From Octopus vulgaris (taxonomy: Eukaryota), in assembly GCA_951406725.2 (NCBI GenBank), contig OX597824.1:77128001-77192000 (forward strand): a stretch of DNA of 64,000 bases. The letters are read 5' to 3'. This document shows, in pieces, positions 52,579 to 64,000 of the stretch. The position numbers and the translations under genes are program-made. A model generated the notes under the pieces. That model saw only the letters and a program-made list of their open reading frames with translations. It made no database searches and was not told the DNA's origin. Each line of letters opens with the position of its first letter. Position 1 is the stretch's first letter.

Positions 52579-54705
52579 CAAGGATCAAAGCAATGATATA
52601 CTTATGCTCATTATATCCTCTGCATTACATAAGTCTCCTTACTGTCATTTAATCATAACCACACACACACTCACATGCATATATATATATATGTATTAAC
52701 TCTACATACATATACATCTATATATAAGAGCATATATATAAACTATATACATATACATTTACATGTATATATTTATGAGTCATTGATATAGCTCTGATAA
52801 GAATAGGATGCAGGTGAATTCCTCTTTACAGTATTTTGAAATGCATTACAGCATTTTGAGATATGCTATTCAGTTTGAAAATGTATGGAATCAATAAATC
52901 ATGAATTAATCCCTATTCATATGTTGTTTTTCTCTCAATGTTTACTGCCATGCACTGAATTTAAATTGAATTCATTTAGTGTTTGAACTTCTGGTTTATG
53001 AATTGAACTGATGTCAGAAAGTGAATTTACACTCTATGTAGGTTATTGCAGAAGTCAGTGGAGAATTTAGTTAGCCAGATTTTGTACCCACTGAGTGCTT
53101 ATTCACCTGGATTCTTTAATCCAATTTTTCCTTCATGTACATATACATATTTGTATGTATGTTCACACATGTACACATATATATGCTTGTACATGCCTAC
53201 ATACATATATGTAATCATACATACACATTTAGTTATATTATACAGCTTTAATTTTTTAGCAGAGAAACTTCATTTTTACTAATTCAGTAGCACATCAGAA
53301 ACTTAATATTTTAAAATCTGTAAATGCAGTTAAGTTATTTGAGAATATTTCTTTGTGATTCCAACATTTGGAATTAATTTGATACTTTGCAGACCGCAGT
53401 TTCAAATAAGAATTTTCAGCTATGATTTAAGCATGGGTGTAGCTGTGTGATAAATAGTTTGTTTGCTTGTCACATAGTTCCAGGTTCAGTCCCACTGCAT
53501 GTCATTTTTAGTGAGTGTCTTCACTAGAGCCTCAAACCAATCCAAACTTTGCTAGTATATCTGGTAGAATGAAAGTGAAAGTAGCTCATTGCTTATATTT
53601 GTATGTGTGTGTGTATGTTACTGTCTCCTTTCCTTGACATCACGAAACAGTTGTAAACAAGTATCACCATCATGGTAGTGATGTCCTTTGTTAACATGCT
53701 TCTCTGAAAGCATGTCTGGTCATAGGGAAATATTACCTTATTTGGAAACAGATAAAGTTGGCAAGAGAGGCATCTGACTAGAAAATCTGTTTCAACAAAT
53801 TCTATCAAATCCACATTTTGTATAGAAAATTGGACATTAAAACAATGATGACAATGAAGATTCTTCAGTTTTAAGTCATTGAATTCATAACTGAAATATT
53901 TCTGCATCTTACTTATGGCGAAAGAATCCTCTCCTGAACATCTATAGAATTCCTGATCAAGGATAGCAAAAAGCAATGATATCATGAATCAAAGAGGACT
54001 CTAGCTGTGAGGCAAATAATTCAGTTTTATGGATTTAATGTTTTAGCAAAAGAAATTGTACTGAATATTTTAACAACTAAAAACATTATGTTTTCAAACA
54101 AACCATTTGAATATTTTTATTCAGAAAATTGCTGCTGTTAAGAATTAAATTTGTTCAAAGCATGGAATCACAAAGAAATATTTTGGAAAAAACAAAGCTT
54201 AACTGCATATACAGATTTTCCTTGTTGATATTTTAGATCTGTAAAAGATAACTATTCACTGTGTAATTGTATTTGCCTTTTACAGAATCCTCTTTGGATT
54301 TCTGGTCTCTTTGACACACACAAACATACATCATCATCATCATTATCTAGGTTGTCATCGTTGTTGTCGTCATCGTCATCATCATCATTTAACATCCCCT
54401 TTTCTATACTTGCATTGGCCAGATGGAATTTGTTACAGCAGATTTTCTGCTATTGGATGCTCCTCCTGTCACCAAACCTCACCCATCTCCAAGCAATCGG
54501 CATCTTTAGAACTAGTTTATCCAGGGCAGGATAGTTTAAGAAATCTAGAATGTTTAGGGCAACAAATATCGATTCCCTTTTTAAACTGAGAATGAAATTT
54601 ATGCAACTTGAAACATTAAAAGAATCAAAGAAATGGATATATATAAGACCAATTAATCCACATCATTTGGATGCCATATTCCTATAAATTTATAGTACTG
54701 TTTAA

Positions 54706-55488
54706 CCCTTTCAGTACCAACCTGGTTGAAACCAGCTCTTGCTTTGAGTACAAATGTCTTGTTTTCATAAGTTTTGAATTAAAATCTTCCACTAAACCTT
54801 AGTCACAATTTATGTTCCTAACACTAGCTTAATGATAACTAAGTTATTTTACTAAATTCTTTGTTATCATCATCATCATCATCATCATCGTTTAACGTCC
54901 ACTTTCCATGCTAGCATGGGTTGGACGATTTTGACTGAGGGTTGGCGAACCAGATGGCTGCACCAGGCTCCAATCTTGATTTGGCAGAGTTTCAACAGCT
55001 GGATGCCCTTCCTAACACCAACCACTCCGAGAGTGTAGTGGGTGCTTTTTACATGCCACCGACATGGGGGCCAGTCAGGTGGTACTGGCAACGACCTCGC
55101 TCGAATCCTTTTACATATACCACCAGCACAGGTGCCAATAAGGTGACGTTGGTAATGATCATGCTCGAATGATGCCCTTTTACGTGCCACTGGCACAGAA
55201 GCCAGTTGGCTGCTCTGGCAACAATCATGCTTGGATGGTGCTCTTGGCACCCTACTAGCACAGACACAAGTGCCAGTAAGGCAACACTGGTAGTGATCAC
55301 GCTCGAATGGTGCCCTTTAAGTGCCACTGGTACGGAAGCTGGTTAGCCGCACTGTCAAGGATCACGCTTGTATGGCGCTCTTTGCACCCTGATAGCATGG
55401 ACGCCAGTCATCGAATTTGATTTTGATTTTGCTTAACGTAATTGAAAGAAACACAGAATATCTCAAAATAAATATGGTAACGAAAGGG
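54706..55488. mobile_element. piggyBac-like MITE (TTAA TSD) containing a full-length family C copy (about 54866-55430, minus)
   Basis: ttaa-ccctttcagtacca ... tggtaacgaaaggg-ttaa. Confidence 0.8.
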
Positions 55489-56194
55489 TTAAACAATGTG
55501 GATTGGCATTTCTTAAACAGAATAGCAGAACTGCAAACTGAGAATGAATTACAAGCAACTTTTAGAACAGAAAAGCTCTGCACATTGAGTTGGAAATTGA
55601 GCACAAGAATTTAAGCTTTAAATTTAGTACAACACTTTAACCATTCAGCCATTTATATTCACCTAAAATAGCTAGATGAAGAAATAAATAAACTATTGTA
55701 AAAATGGAAATCTTTAAAATCCTATTTTTGTCTTACTTGATACCATGTTATTTTAAAGATAGAATGAAAACCAAATTGCTCACAAGCACACAAGAGAAAT
55801 AAAAAAAAAAAGAGAGAGAGAAAATAACCGGCTTATTGGCAAACCAATGGAACATTCTCTTTTGGCAGACAAATGGTTCTTTTACAAGAATTTTCACTGT
55901 CAACTGTTCGAAAGAGTGTAAAATTAATTCTTTTGAGACGAAAGCTACCGATTCTTCTCCAGTGGAAGAAATGGAACCATTTTCACAAGCTAAAAGAAAT
56001 ATATAAATACATAAGAGTAGGATCAATCTGTTTTAGAATATTTATAGCTATTTAGTTCCTGCCTCTTGAAAGTGAGATATTTTCATCAGGAATTTAAATA
56101 ACAATTACTTTAGACATTAAATACAATAAAGGGGAAAATAAGATAAACACACATACGTTGTGTGTATGTATACACACACACACACACACATATC

Positions 56195-56227
<33 letters not shown>

Positions 56228-56346
56228 TATCTGTGTGTAAGTGTGTGTATGTGTGTATATATATATATATGTTTATACATGTAATTATATGCATATCTGT
56301 GTATGTATATATGTGTGTATATTTATATACGTACACACACACACAA

Positions 56347-56396
<50 letters not shown>

Positions 56397-56401
<5 letters not shown>

Positions 56402-56535
56402 ATCCAAACATGAAAACACAAAGAGAAAACACAACAACACGAGGACGTGGAACAAGTATAGTGTTATTGGACGCTCAGGAAAAAGGAAAGATTGAGGATT
56501 TAACATTTCGAGTGGAGCTCTTCGTCAGAAACAAT
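56397..56535 (-). mobile_element. H1-related hammerhead element
   Basis: Minus strand gttt-ctgacga-a-gagc(tcc)actc-gaaatgt-t-aaat at 56498-56532; homologous to 47430-47563. Confidence 0.7.
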
Positions 56536-56858
56536 ACACACACACACATATATATATATATGTATATACATACACATACGAAGTAAATGCAGCTCTAGTG
56601 TAATAAATATTATCAAACACATATAATAATGTCTCTGCTTTGTGTATCTTCTGGTGGCTGCAATGGCATGGCAGAGTCCATAGCTCTCATGCTGCCAGTG
56701 TTAAAACACCTTAGACTCATGGACAGGTGAGATGTGACTTACTTTCAACCTAGGTATGAGCATGATGTTGAAAAGCCACAAAAATGGGGAAACATCAATG
56801 TCCATCACTCCCAAATGGGATGGCAAGCAAGTTATCTCACCTATCCGTGACTCTATTG

Positions 56859-58808
56859 CAGGGGTGGGCAACCCTTGGCATGCATGCCAAACATAGCACA
56901 CCAATAACTTGTTTCTAGTAACCCTCCATTTAACAACTTCCTCTGAATAGTATATAGTGACTTTTTATTACTCAGATATATTTTACATTACAAATTAGGC
57001 CTACCTTTATTTAATGATCTCCTCCCTGACTCAGCCAGTGTTTTGGTTTCAGCATCTGCAACTGGTATTCATTGACAAGCAACCGCCCCACCTACTTGTT
57101 CAAAATTTCTCTCGATGTGTGCTACAGCAGTGATGTATTCCTGCAGTGCTGACATCATGTGGTTTTGTAAACAGGTGTATTTTGCAGATTTTTGTGAACA
57201 TTTAAAGAACTTGAATGTTAAATTACAGGGCTCTGGTAAGACACTTGATATTATGTTTGGTTACATAAAGGCTTTTGAAATGAAACTAGATGCTTTTAAG
57301 AGGAATATAGACAATGAGAGATTTAGATACTTCCCAAACCTAAAGAGGTGCATCAAGAATCTCTCAAAAGATGATAGAACAGAGAGAGCACCAATGTCTT
57401 GAATGGCTGTTTGTAAACATTATTGAGTCAATTGTTGAGCAGTTTTTGCAGTTCAGGGAACTGGAAGTGACAGCAAAATCCATGAAGTTTCCAGACATTA
57501 TCAAACTGGAATAACTAAACCTACAAATGTTTCCATGGATAGACATGGTTAATTTTGAAATGCAGTTGACTGAATTTCAAAGTAGCTCAATTTGGAAGCA
57601 AAAATTTATTGGCCTTAGAGTTTGACTTAGAAAATATTGAAAAAAGCAATTAGAGACTGGAGTACCAGAGAGGAGTGTGGAAAACAAATTATTAAGGACT
57701 TGGAATCCCGTTCCAGAAATTTTTTCTAGTTTAAAAAACTTTGCAATAGCACTGATATCCATGTTTTCATCAACATGTGCTTGTGAATCCTTGTTCTTAG
57801 TGATGGACTTTGCTAAGCCTTGTAATAGGAATACCGTAAATCCTCGAGTATAATCCACATTTTTTTCCCGAAATTTAAAGGTCAAAATCCCTAGGGCGTA
57901 ATAAATATGAGGTTAAAAATGAAAAATATTTTCTAAGCAATGTCCAAGTATCTATTTGCTGTCAGGCAATGTTTATTCAGATGCATTTTGTGATGTCGGG
58001 CATGAAAATACCTTAAGCTAAGCCTGAAAGCAATGAAGTTATAAAAGAATCATCCATAACTTGCAGTAAGCAACATTTATTAAACGTTATTCCTGTTATT
58101 ACTGTTATTTCTTTATTTTCTGCAAACAAAATGCACAAAAAAGCTACACGTTTGCATTATGTTATATGTACAATAATAATAAAGGATGTTACCGTATACA
58201 TTTTTGCAAACCAATGATGTTATATAGACCTCCTTGACTCAAGTTAGAGAAGGGGTGCGTATTATACACTAGGTTTAGGTTTTTCAGAGGTACAGCCCCC
58301 TAAAAATCCCCTGCGTGTTATACTCAAGGGCAGACTATACTCGAGGATTTACGGTAAGTTGACAGATGAAACTAGTAGAGCATGCATATCTCTGTAAGTT
58401 ACGAAGTATAAACCCGATATAAAATCTCCATCATTACTGATGCAGCAGCAGAAATCCCAGTGATAATACTGTATATATATATGTATATCGAATGGAATCA
58501 GCAAGTTTTCCGTCAAACTGATACTTATCTGACTGATATTTTCTTTTGAAAGTGGCAAAGGTTCAGTGTTGTTTAAATGTAACTTTGAAGATGAATAAAT
58601 GCATTTTACAAGATTATATACTGTTTTATATATATACTCTAAGGTGATTTTTTTATCATTTATTAAAAAAGTTCTCAACATACACTTTCTTAAGAGACAT
58701 CAAGTAGCCCAATATGTTCTCAAAAAATTTGGTTGCCATGTGGAAGAATTTTGTGTTAAAGATTTTGCCAGTTTTGGCATGCAGTCACAAAATGGTTGCC
58801 CACTCCTG
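56859..58808 (+). mobile_element. hAT (Charlie/SPIN, GTF2IRD2/EPM2AIP1-like) transposon, internally deleted, with a transposase pseudogene
   Basis: TIRs caggggtgggcaacc / ggttgcccactcctg, ctcta-type 8-bp flanks. Translation includes FADFCEHLKNLNVKLQG..IKAFEMKL..FPNLK, AIALISMFSSTCACESLFLVM and RNKLTDE..ISL..TKYKPDIK..QQQKS. Confidence 0.9.
57834..58354. mobile_element. pogo/Tigger-like MITE inserted in the hAT transposase
   Basis: Perfect 19-bp TIR ccgtaaatcctcgagtata with TA duplication. Removing it restores RNKLTDET. Confidence 0.9.
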
Positions 58809-58917
58809 CTCTAAGCTGTTATAACACTGGTGACATGAGAGTTATATACTCCTCTATGCCTTTACAGCCACCAGAAAATACACAAGACATATACATTAGT
58901 ATATGTATTTTATAATG

Positions 58918-58968
<51 letters not shown>

Positions 58969-58979
58969 TATATATATAT

Positions 58980-59144
58980 AGGAGTGGCTGTGTGGTAAGT
59001 AGCTTGCTTATGAACCACATGGTTCTGGGTTCAGTCCCACTGCGTGGCACCTTGGGTAAGTGTCTTCTACTATAGCCTCGTGCAGACCGAAGCCTTGTGA
59101 GTGGATTTAGTAGATGGAAACTGAAAGAAGCCTGTCGTATATTT

Positions 59145-59180
<36 letters not shown>

Positions 59181-59402
59181 ATATGTTTGTACATCAGTGT
59201 TTGTCCCCCCCCCTCAACATTGTGTGACAACCAATGCTAGTGTATTTACGTTTCCATAACTTAGCAGTTTGGCAAAAGAGACCAATAGAATAAGTACTAG
59301 GCTTACAAAGAATAAATCCTGGGATCGATTTGCTAGACTACAGGCGGTGCTCTAGCATGGCCGCAGTCAAATGACTGAAACAAGTCAAAGGTAAAAGAAA
59401 AG
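58980..59402 (+). mobile_element. SINE family A
   Basis: Full head, body and tail. Confidence 0.9.
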
Positions 59403-59599
59403 AACGATACACTTTCTTAAGAGACATCAAATAGCCTAATATGTTCTCAAAACAATTTGGTTGCCATGTGGAAGAATTTTGTGTGAGAGATTTTGCCAGT
59501 TTTGGCAAGCAGTCTCAAAATGGTTGCCCACTCCTGCTCTAGAGAGTTATGTACTCCACTATGCCTTTACAGCCACCGGAAAATACAGAATTTACTTGC

Positions 59600-60130
59600 T
59601 ACTCGGGAATCTTGGATTAGCTGTGACGGAGAGAAAAGATACTGCTTAAAAAATTATTGGAAGCCTCTGAGGAAGTAAGCAATTGCATCTGGTTCAAGAG
59701 AGAGTGCCAGCGATGCAGTAAGAATGAGCATCAAGAGAAGAAGAAGCATTTGGCCCAGAGCTACAATATCTAACTCAGCTTGTACTTTTGTCACCTGTAT
59801 TGGTAGGTGGCCGTGGGTAACTCTTAACTTGTATGAGCAGACCATTTGTTTTCCACTGGCACAAGAGGCCAGGCAAAGCAAGTCCACTGGGAATCACAGG
59901 ATTCCCTTTTGTATAGGCACCAAATCTGTCTCAAACTCTCCCTACAATCCAGACTTTGCTCGTTATGTTGTAGCGGAAGGTGTCAAAGTGCTTACAGAGC
60001 AGGTTCACAACCTGATGAGAGTGATCAAATCTTGCATTCAAAGACAGAGTATAGTAGCAACATCATCACACAAATGTTTGTCCAAAACACTCTTTGACAA
60101 GGATGTATTAAATCCAAGATACATTCGGTA
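59600..60130 (+). mobile_element. Heavily decayed Tc1/mariner transposase fossil
   Basis: WISCDGEK...PWVTLNLYEQTICF...IPF...SNSPYNPDF is colinear with the SDG..PW..F.QD..PNSPD.NP layout of the 7202-7731 fossil. Confidence 0.5.
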
Positions 60131-60352
60131 TTGCTCTCCATGTCCAGATTGTTGTTCCATTCAATGTATTTTGCATTTCCATTTTAATTTAAGTAGAACT
60201 TCAGTGTGTCAATCCACTGACAAAAAAAGAAAAATCTTTTGGTGATTTTGAATTTAAGCATTGTGCAATAAGTTATGCTTATTTACTGCTATGTTAAATT
60301 TTCTCTGTCTCTGTCTGCTTGACTATCTCTCTGTTACTTCTTATTCTCATCC

Positions 60353-60538
60353 TTGGCGTTAGGAAGGGCATCTGACGTTAGGAAGGGCATCTGGGGTTAG
60401 GAAGGGCATCCAGCTGTAGAAACTCTGCCAGATCAGATTGGAGCCTGGTGCAGCCATCTGGTTCGCCTGTCCTCAGTCAAATCGTCCAACCCATGCTAGC
60501 ATGGACATGGACAGCGGACACTAAACGATGATGATGAT
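60353..60538 (+). mobile_element. Family C, 5'-truncated
   Basis: Family C body and (gat)n tail; 19-bp triplication at the 5' junction. Confidence 0.9.
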
Positions 60539-61001
60539 TGTCTCTTTAATACATGAATAATCTTGATTGATTAATGTTATTATACTAGCAACAGTCTAAG
60601 CGTGTTAGTGATTACTTTTCAAGGCTAAGCTAAACTAATCACAAATTAAATTTTCAGAATTTGAAGAAACTATTTTTCTTGTTAAATTCTATATTTTCAT
60701 TTTGTTAAAAGTTATTACTTTGTTTTTTTTTTTTTTTTTTTTTTGTTACATTGTATCATTTCCTCTTTTACTCTGCTGCTGCTTTCTCTGTTAGAATATG
60801 GTATCAGAAGTATTTCTTTGAAGTTATGACACCAACCTGAATTGTCATGTACTTCCTTGCAATTTCCTACTTCCTCTTTCTGCTGCTTTGGTAAATTTTC
60901 TCTATCTCTGTCTGTTTTCCTATCTCTCTCTCTCACCTCCTCTTATTCTCATTGTCTCTCTATCTTCCTCTCTCCTTACATGCATATATAGAGGGAGAAA
61001 G

Positions 61002-61068
<67 letters not shown>

Positions 61069-61371
61069 GGAGGGAGAGAGAGAGATAGAGAGAGAGATAG
61101 ACAGACAGATAGATAGATAGATAAATAGATGATTGATAGATAGATAGATAGATATGTGTGTATGCATGTGCATGTGTATATACACATAAATATATGCATA
61201 CACAAAGGCATACATACATGTCTATATACATAAAATTATCCCGTCTATATATAAGCAATGTGTATGTATACATGTGTGTTTGTGTGTGTATGCATGTGTA
61301 TATATATATACATTGAGTGAGAGAGAGAGAGAGAGACAAGGAGAGAAAGAGAGAAGGAGGGAAAGAGATAA

Positions 61372-61441
<70 letters not shown>

Positions 61442-61508
61442 CATTGAGTGAGAGAGAGAGAGAGAGACAAGGAGAGAAAGAGAGAAGGAGGGAAAGAGAT
61501 AAATAGAC

Positions 61509-61625
<117 letters not shown>

Positions 61626-62019
61626 CAGATATGTATGTATGTCATTGTTCAGTTTTACTTCAGGTTTTCTTGCAAATAGGCAGAGTTGGTTTCTAACGTA
61701 GGGCCAAGGCTCCTTCATTGGTTTTCCAACAACATCAACAATGTATTTTTGCATTTATGTGCATAAATGTGCAGTATTTGGAGTCAATGCATGTGCAGAT
61801 TTGTATGTTTTGTTTAAGTATGTATTCTCATGCATATAGTTGCATATATATATACATATACACGCATATGTATGTATGTGTGTGTTTGTAGAATTTACAA
61901 TATAGAGAATTTACAGATAGAGAAAGAAAAAGAGAAAGAGCGAAGCACACATACACACACATTCATGTGTGTGTGTTATGGCTCAAAACTGTGCAAACAA
62001 GGACAGAAAAATATACATA

Positions 62020-62187
62020 TATACGATAGGCTTCTTTCAGTTTCCATCTACCAAATCCACTCGCAAGGTTTTGGTCGGCCTGGTGCTATAGTAGAAGACA
62101 GTTGCCCAAGGTGCCACACAGTGGGACTGAACCCAGAACCATGTATTTGGTAAGCAAGCTACTTACCACACAGCCACTCCTGCGCTT
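62020..62187 (-). mobile_element. SINE family A, 5' half
   Basis: Homology to the family A head. Confidence 0.85.
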
Positions 62188-62606
62188 ATATATACATATA
62201 TATATATACATACATACATATTCATGTGTGTGTTATGGCTCAAAACCCTGCAAACAAGGACAGAAAAATAGTATTAAATCTATATTACAGAGTTTTAACC
62301 TTTTTAGTGTAACCCAAAAACTTTATTGTTGTTCCAAATTATATCTTTTGTTCAGGAGTGTATGTGTATGTACATTGGCAACTGGAGCATTAAGTTCACT
62401 TGTTTAATTACTACCAAGTTTACTTGTGTAATTATCAATACTAATTATACACAAGCTACACCTACTTCCTTAATAAGTGAGTCATTATCACTAATATTTT
62501 CTGATTTAAAATCGTGAAAAACCACATGACATACATGCTTGTAGTTGTATATATATAACAAAGAAATTATACAATAGAAGTAACTCTAGAGTATACACAT
62601 TAACAC

Positions 62607-62811
62607 ATTTACTTGTTTCAGTCATTTGACTGCGGCCATGCTGGAGCACTGCTTTTATTCGAGCAAATCGACCCCAGGACTTATTCTTTGTAAGCCTACT
62701 TATTCTATCGGTCTCTTTTGCACAACCGCTATGTTACAGGGATGTAGACACACCAGTATCGGTTGTCAAGCGATGTTGGGGGACAAACACAGAAGACAAA
62801 CACGAACACAT

Positions 62812-62882
<71 letters not shown>

Positions 62883-63052
62883 TACATATATACGATGGGC
62901 TTCTTTCAGTTTCCGTCTACAAAATCCACTCACAAGGCTTTGGTCGGCCCAGTGCTATAGTAGAAGACACTTGCCCAAGGTGCTACATAGTGGGACTGAA
63001 CCCAGAACCATGTAGTTGGTAATCAAGCTACTTACCACACAGCCACTCCAGC
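62607..63052 (-). mobile_element. SINE family A
   Basis: Full-length homology. Confidence 0.9.
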
Positions 63053-63053
63053 A

Positions 63054-63100
<47 letters not shown>

Positions 63101-64000
63101 CACAATTATATGTGTATAAATAATAAAGTACTTATCATAACTAAAGTGTATGGAACAGTTATGTAGAGTGTATGTATGTGTGTATGGGTGTGTCTTTGTA
63201 TGTGGTATACGTATTGCATGTTTGCATGCATAAGTATGTTCATGTGGCTTTCTGCATTGTGTCGTACTGTAACCAATTCAACCTAACATACCAAGTTAGG
63301 AAAACTGGCATCAAAACAACAGGAATGGCAAAGACCTCATCAGCAACAAGAATTATAAACAAGGAGTAGAATATATATATATATATCCATTGCCTGAAGG
63401 GTGTATTTTATATTTTACAGTTGATTTATTTATTGATAAGCATATCTGAGCTCTAGCATACATGCAGATCACCTTCTAGGTAATATACTAGCTAAAAGAC
63501 ATCACTCTCTCTCTCTCTCTCTTTCTCTCTCTTTGTTAGCATATGTGTTCATGCTTTCTTATTTTCATCATTTATGCTTTACTCCGCATCTTCTTCAATC
63601 ATCTCAAATGCTTACTGAGTCGTAGAACTGAAAGAGCCAATCAGAGCTTCCCTTACATTAAGCATTAAGTTAACAGGAAATATATATATCGCTGTTGCTG
63701 TGACATAACCCGAAGTCAGATCTGATTGAGCAAACTTAATGACGTGCAGATAATCAGCTGAATGAGTATATAAGGTTCAATGCCCTGGTGTTCTACTCTG
63801 GCAGATCTATCACCGTAGGGTCCCAACCATGATCATCCCATCTTATTTTCAGAAAATATGTTTGGAACTATATTATACAATGTATAATTTTTAAAAATTC
63901 TACGGGACAAGGTTTTTGGTTTAAATAAAATATAGGATCAGGATCTGGGGTTTAACATAATATAGAGTCAGAGGTAATTGAAATACAGTGTTGGCTGTAA

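Noticed and set aside
53915-53985. Signal-peptide-like first exon MISLLFAIL...|gtaag
   Set aside because: Hydrophobic core too short and no supported downstream exons.
55828-55990. Minus-strand exon after tttcttttag (CENGSISSTGEE...)
   Set aside because: Only a weak donor and no recognisable homology.
59724-60245. 173-aa ORF as a novel gene
   Set aside because: Motif order fits a decayed mariner-type transposase with the catalytic residues lost.
63635-63746. Promoter suggested by agccaatcag (CCAAT) and tgacgtg motifs
   Set aside because: Short motifs expected by chance, with no associated gene or CpG island.

Overview
AT-rich, microsatellite-saturated eukaryotic DNA whose SINE/LINE repertoire fits a coleoid cephalopod, most likely Octopus (inferred from the repeat families, not from a search). 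I found no intact protein-coding gene, tRNA, rRNA or CRISPR array; the window looks intronic or intergenic, and almost all listed ORFs are microsatellite or SINE artefacts. It holds many copies of tRNA-headed SINEs (families A, B, D and E, my own labels) and of an RTE-LINE 3'-end-derived element (family C). It also holds fossils of RTE, L1/Tx1, Penelope, Tc1/mariner and hAT elements, and several MITEs, often nested. The most striking unannotated signal is a set of about 14 minimal type-I hammerhead-ribozyme motifs from several unrelated sequence families. Three have complete or compensated cores (16326-16368, 49152-49202, 44694-44733). They sit in short elements in or next to (TA)n tracts, often as fold-back inverted repeats, and a Penelope GIY-YIG fossil lies in the same window. 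This suggests a diverse population of ribozyme-bearing, TA-associated Penelope derivatives. Other oddities are about 180-bp direct repeats flanking SINEs, nested inverted repeats that could form dsRNA, and a near-perfect 106-nt unique hairpin. Coordinates were read by eye and may be off by a few bases.
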